A DNA stretch of 64,000 bases. It comes from Macrostomum hystrix. Taxonomy: Eukaryota > Animalia > Platyhelminthes. The notes under the pieces were generated by a model. It was not told the origin of the DNA, did no database searches, and was given only the letters and a program-made list of their open reading frames with translations. The translations under genes were made by a program, and so were the position numbers. Position 1 is the first letter of the stretch, and each line of letters begins with the position of its first letter. Where the stretch lies: positions 1,674,001 through 1,738,000 of the forward strand of contig CATNEN010000001.1 in NCBI GenBank assembly GCA_950097015.1. The letters are read 5' to 3'. Shown here piece after piece: positions 11,729-25,227 of the stretch.

Positions 11729-12249
11729 CTTGATTTACACTGAACCATGTCGTAAGGCTTGAATCTTTGTTCATTGTATAAATATGCAATGTAAATAAAT
11801 GTCCGATTTGAGCATGTACGGAATCTTGATGATAAGAGGCTGTTTTAGCTGTGCTAATCACGTTTGTGTGTCGCAATTAATTAGTTCCATTGTTGTTACA
11901 GTCACTCAAAGGGGCATGCATTGCTTTTACTGTGGCGTGTTTCGATCGTACGCTAAATAAATTTTAGTTATGGATTTCCGGCTACTTGCGCTCAATACTA
12001 TGTGTAGAGTGGACACAGAAACATTCAATTAATTGTTCTCACATTTGTTATACCCTATTATATTATATTCTACTGTTATCGTACGTAAAGTACTTGTATA
12101 TACTCGTAAGTATTTCTGTAGTAAGTACAAATTTCCCTGTGAAAATCAAGCATAATTATTATTTTTTTAGTTTTTGTCCAGGGTCAATGAGTAAAGATGC
12201 CCAGGGGAATCTGGCTATAATTTCCAACGGGAATTTGGCTAGGGTTTTC

Positions 12250-13030
12250 AAGGAGAATCCCGCTTGGTTTTAGGAGAATCCTGCGGTGCATTTGCAGAGG
12301 GAATCCCGCATGGATTTGGGAGAATCCTGCAGTGCTTTTGCAGAGGGAATCCCGCATGGATTTGGGAGAATCCTGCAGTGCTTTTGCAGAGGGAATCCCG
12401 CTTGGTTTTAGGAGAATCCTGCAGTGCTTTTGCAGAGGGAATCCCGCATGGATTTGGGAGAATCCTGCAGTGCTTTTGCAGAGGGAATCCCGCATGGATT
12501 TGGGAGAATCCTGCAGTGCTTTTGCAGAGGGAATCCCGCTTGGTTTTAGGAGAATCCTGCGGTGCATTTACAGAGGGAATCCCGCTTGGTTTTAGGAGAA
12601 TCCTGCGGTGCATTTGCAGAGGGAATCCCGCTTGGTTTTAGGAGAATCCTGCAGTGCTTTTGCAGAGGGAATCCCGCATGGATTTGGGAGAATCCTGCAG
12701 TGCTTTTGCAGAGGGAATCCCGCTTGGTTTTAGGAGAATCCTGCGGTGCATTTACAGAGGGAATCCCGCTTGGTTTTAGGAGAATCCTGCGGTGCATTTA
12801 CAGAGGGAATCCCGCTTGGTTTTAGGAGAATCCTGCGGTGCATTTACAGAGGGAATCCCGCTTGGTTTTAGGAGAATCCTGCGGTGCATTTACAGAGGGA
12901 ATCCCGCTTGGTTTTAGGAGAATCCTGCGGTGCATTTACAGAGGGAATCCCGCTTGGTTTTAGGAGAATCCTGCGGTGCATTTACAGAGGGAATCCCGCT
13001 TGGATTTAGGAGATCCTGCGGTGCTTTTTA
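12250..13030. repeat. 46 bp minisatellite (gagaatcctgcggtgcatttacagagggaatcccgcttggttttag)
   Basis: Tandem copies visible directly. Confidence 0.95.
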
Positions 13031-13726
13031 TGGAGAAATTTTTAATAGGGAATCCAGCAATGATGAGCTAGTTGAATAATATTTTTTTAAAATAGAATAA
13101 TTTTTAAGGATAATTTTGTACCGAATCCCAAGGATAATCCCTAGGCCGAGTCTCCAGGGAAATCCCCGCTGTCGCAGTCAATTTAATCCGATATTGCTCA
13201 CTTTCTCATTTGGCGGCCAGAACAAATGTGTCCCCTCGGTGCAAGCCAATGCGAATCATCTAAATTGAATTATCTCGCGGTTCTTGTCCTCTTTGATACT
13301 GATATTCCCGCGGTTCGGCATTCTGTCCTGTCATTTAGAAGGGTAAGAACATGATTTATTGCCCCGACCGAAATTTCATTCTATGTGTACATTAGGAGGG
13401 CCGATTCTACAGTTTTATAATTAATTTACATTAAGCACAGACTTGTTCAGGCTTGTCAAAATGTTTTTAATTTGTTTTGAAATTCTAAACCAACTCCAAT
13501 GGTTTGGAGTGGGTTGCGGTTAAGAAGATATGGCGAAGCAAGCTTGGACCAAGAATTTGAAATGCTAATTCTGGTTGTACTCCCTGATTCAATTATGCAT
13601 GTATCTGAGTCATTTTCTGCCTTAAAGTTTCTGCATAATTAGTTTGACCTTAAAGTAAATACCAATGGAAATTATCATTAATTTATGAAATCTGACAAAC
13701 ATTTTTTATGAATAACTGGACTGGAA

Positions 13727-14177
13727 CTCAGTCCTTGACTTCCATTCCTTCAGTGCCTCAGTCCCTGACTAACATTCCTTCAGTGCCTCAGTCCCTGACT
13801 AACATTCCTTCAGTGCCTCAGTCCCTGACTAACATTCCTTCAGTGCCTCAGTCCCTGACTAACATTCCTTCAGTGCCTCAGTCCCTGACTAACATTCCTT
13901 CAGTGCCTCAGTCCTTGACTTCCATTCCTTCAGTGCCTCAGTCCTTGACTTCCATTCCTTCAGTGCCTCAGTCCTTGACTTCCATTCCTTCAGTGCCTCA
14001 GTCCTTGACTTCCATTCCTTCAGTGCCTCAGTCCCTGACTAACATTTCTTCAGTGCCTCAGTCCCTGACTAACATTCCTTCAGTGCCTCAGTCCCTGACT
14101 AACATTCCTTCAGTGCCTCAGTCCCTAACTAACATTCCTTCAGTGCCTCAGTCCCTGACTAACATTTCTTCAGTGCC
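13727..14177. repeat. 30 bp minisatellite (aacattccttcagtgcctcagtccctgact)
   Basis: Tandem copies. Source of the spurious QSLTNIPSVP ORF. Confidence 0.95.
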
Positions 14178-14626
14178 CTTATCCCGGGCCTAGCCATTCA
14201 GGTCTTCACTATAACACTTCTACATAATCCCGAAAAGCTAAATTAAGCCTATTGTTTAGACTGCAATTAAACTCCATTGTTGAGCAGAAACTCGCCTGTC
14301 TGAGTGCTGATTGATTTTCCAATATTTTTAGTTAGCTCTCTGCCTTTTTGAAAAGTGTTTCTAGAATAATCAATCAATCAATCAATCAATCCATACTTAG
14401 CCCGTATCCAGGCAGAAGATTTTCACCCACCCAGCTCTGGAACCGCTCACTAATGCTTTCAGTTTTTTTTCAAATAGAGCAGGTCGACTCGCTAGAACTA
14501 ACTCAGCCAGCGAAGCGGGAGTGAACTAACAGCTCAAGAGATTGATCGATTTGATAGCTCGCTGAAAAGTACACTCAGTCACTCACTTTCTAACACTACT
14601 TTGCGCTGTAAGAAATTCATTATTCA

Positions 14627-15178
14627 TGGGTCATGGCTGACTCGCTGAACAATCAGTGGGTCATGGCTGACTCGCTGAACAATCGGTGGGTCATGGCTGA
14701 CTCGCTGAACAATCGGTGGGTCATGGCTGACTCGCTGAACAATCGGTGGGTCATGGCTGACTCGCTGAACAATCGGTGGGTCATGGCTGACTCGCTGAAC
14801 AATCAGTGGGTCATGGCTGACTCGCTGAACAATCGGTGGGTCATGGCTGACTCGCTGAACAACCTGTGGGTCATGGCTGACTCGCTGAACAATCAGTGGG
14901 TCATGGCTGACTCGCTGAACAATCGGTGGGTCATGGCTGACTCGCTGAACAATCGGTGGGTCATGGCTGACTCGCTGAACAATCGGTGGGTCATGGCTGA
15001 CTCGCTGAACAATCGGTGGGTCATGGCTGACTCGCTGAACAATCGGTGGGTCATGGCTGACTCGCTGAACAATCGGTGGGTCATGGCTGACTCGCTGAAC
15101 AATCGGTGGGTCATGGCTGGCTCGCTGAACAATCGGTGGGTCATGGCTGACTCACTGAACAATTAGTGGGTCACGGCT
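14627..15178 (+). repeat. 30 bp minisatellite (gggtcatggctgactcgctgaacaatcggt), left arm of an inverted pair
   Basis: About 18 copies. The reverse-complement array is at 17760-18055. Confidence 0.95.
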
Positions 15179-15439
15179 TCCTATTATCAGTATCCAGGTA
15201 ATTTATCACTGTACTTCAACTGCCAATATTCATAATTGAGTTTTACTTCAGTCAGTAACCGTTCCGCGGCTCATCAGTTAGCCATTATCCAAGGGGTAGC
15301 TATTCCCCAGCAACCAAATCAGACGGCTTTTGAGAAGTGACTAGACTCCTTGACACTGTTCTTTAAGGAGTGTTGCTTTGCTCGTGGAAACTAGTGTTTC
15401 CATCGTGGCTAGAATTGGTTCTGTTTTTTACTGATGACT

Positions 15440-17205
15440 GAATGAGTGACCGAGTGAGTGAGTGAGTGAGTGTGTGAGTGTGTGAGTGAGTGAGTGAGTG
15501 TGTGAGTGAGTGAGTGAGTGTGTGTGTGAGTGTGTGAGTGAGTGAGTGAGTGAGTGAGTGAGTGAGTGAGTGAGTGAGTGAGTGTGTGAGTGTGTGAGTG
15601 AGTGAGTGTGTGAGTGGGTGAGTGAGTGAGTGTGTGAGTGAGTGAGTGAGTGAGTGAGTGAGTGTGTGAGTGAGTGAGTGAGTGTATGAGTGTGTGAGTG
15701 AGTGAGTGTGTGAGTGGGTGTGTGAGTGAGTGTGTGAGTGAGTGTGTGAGTGAGTGAGTGAGTGTGTGAGTGAGTGAGTTTGTGAGTTTGTGAGTGAGTG
15801 TGTGAGTGAGTGACCGAGTGAGTGAGTGTGTGAGTGAGTGAGTGTGTGTATGAGTGAGTGTGTGAGTGAGTGAGTGAGTGAGTGAGTGAGTGAGTGAGTG
15901 AGTGAGTGAGTGAGTGTGTGAGTGAGTGAGTGAGTGTGTGTATGAGTGAGTGTGTGAGTGAGTGAGTGAGTGAGTGAGTGAGTGAGTGAGTGAGTGAGTG
16001 AGTGTGTGAGTGAGTGAGTGAGTGTGTGTATGAGTGAGTGAGTGAGTGAGTGAGTGAGTGTATGAGTGTGTGAGTGAGTGAGTGTGTGAGTGGGTGTGTG
16101 AGTGAGTGTGTGAGTGTGTGAGTGAGTGAGTGTGTGAGTGGGTGTGTGAGTGAGTGAGTGTGTGAGTGAGTGAGTGTGTGAGTGAGTGAGTGTGTGAGTG
16201 GGTGTGTGAGTGAGTGAGTGTGTGTATGAGTGAGTGAGTGAGTGAGTGAGTGTATGAGTGTGTGAGTGAGTGAGTGTGTGAGTGGGTGTGTGAGTGAGTG
16301 TGTGAGTGGGTGTGTGAGTGAGTGAGTGTGTGTATGAGTGAGTGAGTGAGTGAGTGAGTGTATGAGTGTGTGAGTGAGTGAGTGTGTGAGTGGGTGTGTG
16401 AGTGAGTGTGTGAGTGTGTGAGTGAGTGAGTGTGTGAGTGGGTGTGTGAGTGAGTGAGTGTGTGAGTGAGTGAGTGTGTGAGTGAGTGAGTGTGTGAGTG
16501 GGTGTGTGAGTGAGTGAGTGTGTGAGTGAGTGTGTGAGTGAGTGAGTGAGTGTGTGAGTGAGTGTGTGAGTGAGTGTATGAGTGTGTGAGTGAGTGAGTG
16601 TGTGAGTGGGTGTGTGAGTGAGTGAGTGTGTGAGTGAGTGAGTGAGTGAGTGAGTGAGTGTGTGAGTGAGTGAGTGAGTGTGTGAGTGAGTGAGTGAGTG
16701 TGTGAGTGAGTGAGTGAGTGAGTGTATGAGTGTGTGAGTGAGTGAGTGTGTGAGTGGGTGTGTGAGTGAGTGTGTGAGTGTGTGAGTGAGTGTGTGAGTG
16801 AGTGTGTGAGTGTGTGAGTGAGTGAGTGAGTGAGTGTGTGAGTGAGTGTGTGAGTGTGTGAGTGAGTGAGTGAGTGAGTGTGTGAGTGTGTGAGTGAGTG
16901 TGTGAGTGTGTGAGTGAGTGAGTGTGTGAGTGAGTGTGTGAGTGAGTGTATGAGTGTGTGAGTGAGTGAGTGTGTGAGTGGGTGTGTGAGTGAGTGAGTG
17001 TGTGAGTGAGTGAGTGAGTGTGTGAGTGAGTGTGTGAGTGAGTGTATGAGTGTGTGAGTGAGTGAGTGTGTGAGTGGGTGTGTGAGTGAGTGAGTGAGTG
17101 TGTGAGTGGGTGTGTGTGTGAGTGAGTGTGTGAGTGAGTGAGTGAGTGAGTGAGTGTGTGAGTGAGTGAGTGAGTGAGTGTGTGAGTGAGTGTGTGAGTG
17201 TGTGA
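15440..17205. repeat. (GAGT)n/(GT)n compound microsatellite
   Basis: The + strand is almost free of C. Confidence 0.97.
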
Positions 17206-17759
17206 GTAGTTACTAGCGTAAGTCAGTAGATAGGTACTCAAAATGGCCAAAACCTTTTCAACATTCTCTGGTTTGTTTAAATCCAGACTGGATCAAGGCG
17301 GTACAGTTTTCAGTTAAAGTTCAGTGTTTGCTGCATTAGAGTCAGGGCCTTCTCTCTCAAAGTTTATTGATCGAACCACCCACCACTCATGCGCAGTTTT
17401 CTGTTATTTATTTCTGAAATTAGTTTACAATTTCAGGCGGTGCTGTTTCAAGTTCAGATGGTTGCAGGTTGGGCGGTGCTGTTTCAAGTTCAGATATGGT
17501 TGCAGGTTAGAACATACCCACTCACTTTCTCCTTTGTTAGGAAATCCCCAATCTCCCAGACGGACATCAACCGCCTGCTCAACAAATCGGAACTTTCTTT
17601 AAGTCCGCCCAGCCAGTAAACTTTTAGTGCAGCCCGGGAAATTTTTCAAAACGACTCCCAAAGGAGCTGAAATAAAAGCAGAGCTTCGACTCGCAGCCCC
17701 TGACAGACTGACAGCATTGCTCAGATTCTAAATACAAGTATGTATTCTTTTGCTAGCAT

Positions 17760-18055
17760 CGTGAGTCAGCCATGACCCACAGATTGTTCAGTGAGTCAGC
17801 CGTGACCCACCAATTGTTCAGTGAGTCAGAGTTGACCCACCGATTGTTCAGTGAGTCAGCCATGACCCACCAATTGTTCAGTGAGTCAGCCATGACCCAC
17901 CGATTGTTCAGTGAGTCAGCCGTGACCCACTGATTGTTCAGTGTTTCAGCCGTGACCCACCAATTGTTCAGTGAGTCAGCTGTGACCCACCAATTGTTCA
18001 GCGAGTCAGCCATGACCTACCGATTGTTCAGTGTTTCAGCCGTGACCCACTGACT
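17760..18055 (-). repeat. 30 bp minisatellite, right (inverted, more degenerate) arm
   Basis: gtgagtcagccatgacccaccgattgttca is the reverse complement of the 14627 unit. Confidence 0.92.
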
Positions 18056-18459
18056 GCTATGTGCATCAGTCATTGATAAGTACACTACTTTGTTAGAAGT
18101 ACATTTGAAAGCAATGCTTCGGAGGGTTTAGACGGAATCTTGTAACTGCCTTAAAACAAGCATTATAGTCTAGTAGTTTGCTATTGCAGTTGCACAGTAA
18201 GCAGCCCAGTATCATCCATCAGCCACTGACAAGCCGCCCAAGAACTTGTCCATCATTAGTTGCTAACGCTGGCGTACTTTCTGTCAGGCGCTAAAGTCAG
18301 GGGGGTCAAAGATTATTAGGACCTTCTCTCCTTTCTCTGCTTGTCAGTTGTGATTGTCTTTGCAGCTCGCTGTGGGTGATGACATTACCTGCTTTCATCA
18401 GCTAAGTAGCCGCCTTCACCACTGAGAATACCTACCGCCTAGCAATACCTCAGTCCCAA

Positions 18460-21400
18460 TTTCTCTCACTCTCATCCCCACTCTCTCTCACTCTCTCACT
18501 CTCATTCCCACTCTCTCTCATTCTCATTCCCACTCTCACTCACTCTCATCCCCACTGTCTCACTCACTCTCATTCCCACTCTCTCTCATTCTCATTCCCA
18601 CTCTCTCTCATTCTCATTCCCACTCTCTCTCATTCTCATTCCCACTCTCACTCACTCTCATCCCCACTCTCTCTCTCACTCTCATTCTCATTCCCACTCT
18701 CTCTCATTCTCATTCCCACTCTCTCACTCACTCTCATCCCCACTCTCTCTCTCATTCTCATTCCCACTCTCTAACTCACTCTCATTCCCACTCTCTTTCT
18801 CATTCTCATCCCCACTCTCTCTCTCTCATTCCCACTCTCTCACTCACTCTCATCCCCACTCTCTCTCTCACTCTCATCCTCACTCTCTCTCTTTCTCATT
18901 CTCATCCCCACTCTCTCTCTCATTCCCACTCTCTCACTCACTCTCATCCCCACTCTCTCTCTCATTCTCATTCCCACTCTCTCACTCACTCTCATTCCCA
19001 CTCTCTTTCTCATTCTCATCCCCACTCTCTCTCTCATTCCCACTCTCTCACTCACTCTCATTCCCACTCTCTCTCTCACTCTCATCCCCACTCTCTCTCT
19101 CACTCTCATTCTCATTCCCACTTTCTCTCATTCTCATTCCCACTCTCTCACTCACTCTCATTCCCACTCTCTTTCTCATTCTCATCCCCACTCTCTCTCT
19201 CATTCCCACTCTCTCACTCACTCTCATTCCCACTCTCTCTCTCACTCTCATCCCCACTCTCTCTCTCACTCTCATTCTCATCCCCACTCTCTCTCTCATT
19301 CCCACTCTCTCACTCACTCTCATTCCCACTCTCTCTCTCACTCTCATTCCCACTCTCTCACTCACTCTCATTCCCACTCTCTCTCATTCTCATTCCCACT
19401 CACTCTCTCATTCTCATTCCCACTCTCTCTCACTCTCATTCCCACTCTCTCTCTCACTCTCATCCCCACTCTCTCTCTCACTCTCATTATCATTCCCACT
19501 CTCTCTCATTCTCATTCCCACTCACTCTCTCATTCTCATTCCCACTCTCTCTCACTCTCATTCCCACTCTCTCTCTCACTCTCATCCCCACTCTCTCTCT
19601 CACTCTCATTATCATTCCCACTCTCTCTCATTCTCATTCCCACTCACTCTCTCATTCTCATTCCCACTCTCTCTCTCACTCTCATCCCCACTCTCTCTCT
19701 CACTCTCATTATCATTCCCACTCTCTCTCATTCTCATTCCCACTCACTCTCTCATTCTCATTCCCACTCTCTCTCTCACTCTCATCCCCACTCTCTCTCT
19801 CTTTCTCATTCTCATTCCCACTCTCTCTCATTCTCATTCCCACTCTCTCTCATTCTCATTCCCACTCTCTCTCATTCTCATTCCCACTCTCTCTCATTCT
19901 CATTCCCACTCTCTTTCTCATTCTCATCCCCACTCTCTCTCTCATTCCCACTCTCTCACTCACTCTCATTCCCACTCTCTCTCTCACTCTCATCCCCACT
20001 CTCTCTCTCAATCTCATTCTCATTCCCACTCTCTCTCTCTCACTCTCATCCCCACTCTCTCTCTCACTCTCATTCTCATTCCCACTCTCTCTCTCACTCT
20101 CATCCCCACTCACTCTCACTCTCATTCTCATTCCCACTCACTCTCTCATTCTCATTCCCACTCTCTCTCTCACTCTCATCCCCACTCTCTCTCTCACTCT
20201 CATTCTCATTCCCACTCACTCTCTCATTCTCATTCCCACTCTCTCTCTCACTCTCATCCCCACTCTCTCTCTCACTCTCATTCTCATTCCCACTCTCTCT
20301 CATTCTCATTCCCACTCTCTCTCATTCTCATTCCCACTCTCTCTCACTCTCATCCCCACTCTCTCTCATTCTCATTCCCACTCTCTCTCATTCTCATTCC
20401 CACTCTCTCTCTCACTCTCATTCTCATTCCCACTCTCTCTCATTCTCATTCCCACTCTCTTTCATTCTCATTCCCACTCTCTCACTCACTCTCATTCCCA
20501 CTCTCTCTCTCACTCTCATTCCCACTCTCTCACTCACTCTCATTCCCACTCTCTCTCTCATTCTCATTCCCACTCTCTCTCTCACTCTCATTCTCATTCC
20601 CACTCTCTCTCATTCTCATTCCCACTCTCTTTCATTCTCATTCCCACTCTCTCACTCACTCATCCCCACTCTCTCACTCACTCTCATTCCCACTCTCTCT
20701 CTCACTCTCATTCCCACTCTCTCTCTCATTCTCATTCCCACTCTCTCTCACTCTCATCCCCACTCTCTCTCACTTTCATCCCTACTCTCTCTCATTCTCA
20801 TTCCCACTCTCTCTCATTCTCATTCCCACTCTCTCTCTCATTCTCATTCCCACTCTCTCTCATTCTCATTCCCACTCTCTCTCATTCTCATTCCCACTCT
20901 CTCTCTCATTCTCATTCCCACTCTCTCTCATTCTCATTCCCACTCTCTCTCACTCTCATCCCCACTCTCTCTCATTCTCATTCCCACTCTCTCTCATTCT
21001 CATTCCCACTCTCTCTCTCACTCTCATTCTCATTCCCACTCTCTCTCATTCTCATTCCCACTCTCTTTCATTCTCATTCCCACTCTCTCACTCACTCTCA
21101 TCCCCACTCTCTCTCTCACTCTCATTCCCACTCTCTCACTCACTCTCATTCCCACTCTCTCTCTCACTCTCATTCCCACTCTCTCACTCACTCTCATTCC
21201 CACTCTCTCTCTCATTCTCATTCCCACTCTCTCTCTCACTCTCATTCTCATTCCCACTCACTCTCTCATTCTCATTCCCACTCTCTCTCATTCTCATTCC
21301 CACTCTCTCACTCACTCTCATCCCCACTCTCTCTCTCACTCTCATTCCCACTCTCTCACTCACTCTCATCCCCACTCTCTCTCTCACTCTCATTCCCACT

Positions 21401-21968
21401 CTCTCACTCACTCTCATTCCCACTCTCTCTCTCACTCTCATCCCCACTCTCTCTCTCACTCTCATTCCCACTCTCTCACTCACTCTCATTCCCACTCTCT
21501 CTCTCTCATTCTCATTCCCACTCACTCTCTCATTCTCATTCCCACTCTCATTCTCATTCCCACTCTCACTCTCTCATTGTCATTCCCACTCTCTCTCATT
21601 CTCATTCCCACTCACTCTCTCATTCTCATTCCCACTCTCTCTCATTCTCATTCCCACTCTCTCTCTCATTCTCATTCCCACTCTCTCTCATTCTCATTCC
21701 CACTCTCTCTCATTCTCATTCCCACTCACTCTCTCATTCTCATTCCCACTCTCTCTCATTCTCATTCCCACTCTCTCACTCACTCTCATCCCCACTCTCT
21801 CACTCACTCTCATTCCCACACTCTTTCTCATTCTCATCCCCACTCTCTCTCTCATTCTCATTCCCACTCTCTCACTCACTCTCATCCCCACACTCTTTCT
21901 CATTCTCATCCCCACTCTCTCTCTCATTCCCACTCTCTCACTCACTCTCATTCCCACTCTCTCTCACC
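18460..21968. repeat. Compound CT-rich satellite (ctcattcccactctctct...)
   Basis: 3.5 kb. The + strand is almost free of G. Confidence 0.97.
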
Positions 21969-22518
21969 CATTTCCTGCTCCCGCTAATTCTCCCGAAATC
22001 TCCCACAGCACGCCAGCGCACCATATTGCCAAATGAGATTTGGTATCTCCCCTGATGCACATTTCTCACCAGCCGTTAGCAGACAGCATACTAGCAGGCA
22101 TCCGTTGTCCAGAACCTCAGTCCGTTTGCCAACCCCCACCCACCTCCTTGGCCGATGCTAAAAGCTACATCGACGTTGTTGTCCCAGCTCTCAAATCACG
22201 CAGCCTCTCATTCTCTCATTCTCTCTCTCTCTCTCTAATGGATGCGACAAGGCTTGAATGTGGCAATCGTGAATCAGGAACCTATATATAAGAGGTCGAA
22301 TTTGTAGCGAAGGGGTATGAGATTGGGGCGGGTTGGTTTTTTGAGCACTATAGTTGTTGGCAAGAACAGTTGGCATTGGTGGGGGGCCTGGGGGTGTGTA
22401 GCATCAATTACTGGGCAAACATTCCCGTCGCTGTATGTCCATCCGTTTCCTATCTCCCTCTGTCTCTCCGTGTCTCTATCCTGTTACTTAGCGCACTTTC
22501 GATTAGTGGATTACCGAT

Positions 22519-22973
22519 TATTATTATAATTATTATTATTATTCTAGGCTTTGTTTATAATAGCCAAATACACAGCGCTCAATAAGATTTGGGTGGAGCT
22601 GTAGAAATACAATAAGAAATAATGTATAGTGATTCCTTTTCTCCCTCAGTTGTAGATTGTAATTCAGTTACGTATGGGAATTTAGATGCTATATATGCGA
22701 GCTAGCACTCCCGAGCACACAGCACACAGAAACCGTACGCAGGCACACGCTCACACAGGTGTGTACATCTGCCCTGACTTTCTCATCGTCAGGCAGTGTT
22801 CACTTCGCTGACGTGCCATGGAGGTTGGTCTTCAAGGGCGTAAATTGCATGACAAGCCCCCAAGCCTTCTCTCAGCGGCTGCGCCCCAAATAAATGTGAC
22901 CTCGCCGCGGAATCGAGCTTAGGGACCTTGGCGCGGGAAGCAAACGCGTTAACCGCTCTGCCACCGCCGCCCC
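22519..22973 (-). mobile_element. tRNA-derived SINE-like element
   Basis: Minus-strand head gggcggcggtggcagagcggttaacgcg...gctcgattccg (Pol III A box, degenerate B box) and an (AAT)n tail at 22519-22543. No clear TSD. Confidence 0.65.
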
Positions 22974-23083
22974 TGAGATGGAGAGATAGACTGAGAGATG
23001 GAGATTGGATAGAGATAAAAAGAGAGATTAATAGAGAGAGAAAAATAAAGAGAGGACACAGTGTGCAGTAACAAACCAAATTG

Positions 23084-23331
23084 TATCCAGCTTCGCCAAA
23101 GCAGCTAGCCAATCACAGCTTGTCTATCCAGCTTCGCCAAAGCAGCTAGCCAATCACAGCTTGTCTATCCAGCTTCACCAAAGCAGCTAGCCAATCACAG
23201 CTTGTCTATCCAGCTTCGCCAAAGCAGCTAGCCAATCACAGCTTGTCTATCCAGCTTCGCCAAAGCAGCTAGCCAATCACAGCTTGTCTATCCAGCTTCG
23301 CCAAAGCAGCTAACCAATCACAGCTTGTCTA
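23084..23331. repeat. 41 bp minisatellite x6 (tatccagcttcgccaaagcagctagccaatcacagcttgtc)
   Basis: Tandem copies visible directly. Confidence 0.93.
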
Positions 23332-24089
23332 ATAGAAGCAACATATTTTTTCAGAGTTGTGCACTATTTGCGCTGTTAAAAGTACACAGACACGGGCACA
23401 CTCGAACCCACGGAAACAGATACAGGTCTATAGCATAGAAAACTTCTCGTTTAAGCTGTCGCATGGAATAGCATATTTGCTTAGATTTGCATGGTGTCTG
23501 GCATTTATATACATGTTTATAGATTGAATTATACAGGACTGACAAAGTGCACGGGTTTAGGATCCGGTCCAGTGCCAATGTGTTCCCTCGATGCTAATCG
23601 AAATTATTTTTAATCAATCATATATTATTGTTCAACTGCACTATTTGCCAAGGCCCAAGGATAATATTGTAAGGCCGTATTCGCTCGTATAAATATCCTA
23701 CACTTTAAGAACTTTCTAGTGCTGCACTAAAACAGACATGTTTTTCTTCATATTTTAGAAGTGCTTTTTCACTTCTCTGTTAATTCAATCGACCGAAAAC
23801 GACGGACCCCCACTTTGCCAAAAAATCTCTGGGGTTTGTAGTAGATGTTTTTGTGTGAATTTCGCTTCATAAAGGTTAAAAGTTTGTATAGGAAAAGCAC
23901 TGACTTAGCTGATGCTACTCGTATTCTTGCATGAACAAATACGATCAACATTCACAAAATAAGTCGCTATAATTAGCGGCTGTAAAACTTGGAATTATAA
24001 TTGTGTCAAGGCCAGAGGCCAGGACTAATTAAAGGCGGCGTCCCGCAAAGTAGAATAATTGATTGTCAAAATTTAATGTTCAAATTAAA

Positions 24090-24385
24090 ACGTCCCTTAT
24101 TAGGGCCGCAAAGTTTAAATTAACCTAAACGGCCTTGATAAGGGACGCATAGTTTGAATTAGCTAAAACGGCCCTGATAAGGGACGCATAGTTTGAATTA
24201 GCTAAAACGGCCCTAATAAGGGACGCATAGTTTGAATTAGCTAAAACGGCCCTGATAAGGGACGCATAGTTTGAATTAGCTAAAACGGCCCTTATTAGGA
24301 CCACATAGTTTGAATTAGCTAAAACAGCCCTGATAAGGGACGCATAGTTTGAATTAACTAAAACGGCCCTGCTTAGGGCCACATA
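24090..24385. repeat. 39 bp minisatellite (aagggacgcatagtttgaattagctaaaacggccctgat)
   Basis: About 7 copies. Confidence 0.9.
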
Positions 24386-25227
24386 TTATTATTATTTAAA
24401 ATGGCTCAAATTGGGAACAGGCCGAAAAAAGTACAGAAAAACTACACAATTCTCATTTCAATACACTTAGGCAATTCAGTTGATTTCCTGTAAATTAAAT
24501 ACAAAAAGTATTTTCTAATTTTCCGCATGCTTAGCTCTTAACAGACGTTGGGATTTTTGTCACTAATTAGCCTTTCACTGAGCATTTTTACCATTGCGAG
24601 TATAGGAAAACTAAAAGGAACTAAACTTTTCCGTTAGTCTGAAGAAATTCTGACTGCCGCATCTCTCATTTTCATTATTTTCACACTTTAGCTGCTTTTG
24701 ATTTTAGTCCTTGAAGGTATGATTCTATTGTCATTATTCGTTTGATAATCCTTACAGAACTATCCTTTACATGATAGTTCACATGCATGATGATTCTAGC
24801 CATTTTCCAGCCATCACGGGTTCTTTCTGGGTCGCCTGACTGCGGGTCATTAATAATCATGCTCTGAGGGTTCTACCAAGTCCACAACACACTCAAGTCG
24901 CCAATACTTTTCATACCAGGCTGTTTATCATTCTCTTTGAAGACCCTTCCCCGTAGTTTTATCTGCGCACCCAACGCTAAAACCTCGTGCTGCAGCAATG
25001 CTGTGAATTCTGCGACGGATGGGGACGTCCAGGACTGGACGACATGTCTCTAGGGATTCTTTCAGTAATCCTTCTCTGATGCCGTCTGCTTGAGTAGGCT
25101 TATTCTCACTTGACTCAAGCTCTCGCTGACTCACTGCTCAACTGTTCTTTGCCACTCTGACATTCTTTTTATAGCTCAAAAGTTTCCTTCTGCCGTTCGT
25201 GCATTATTCTGTCATTCATGATTTTTC

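Noticed and set aside
3884-13030. CRISPR-like 35-48 bp repeats
   Set aside because: Head-to-tail units with no unique spacers, no cas genes, and a eukaryotic context.
13350-13700. Possible DNA-transposon remnant (also 23640-24080 and 46700-47000)
   Set aside because: I could not define TIRs or TSDs.
15440-21968. Telomeric repeat or chromosome end
   Set aside because: No (TTAGGG)n or other regular telomere unit, and there are genes on both sides.
24780-25190. Coding-like segment (68 aa minus-strand ORF)
   Set aside because: No recognisable domain or consistent splice partners.
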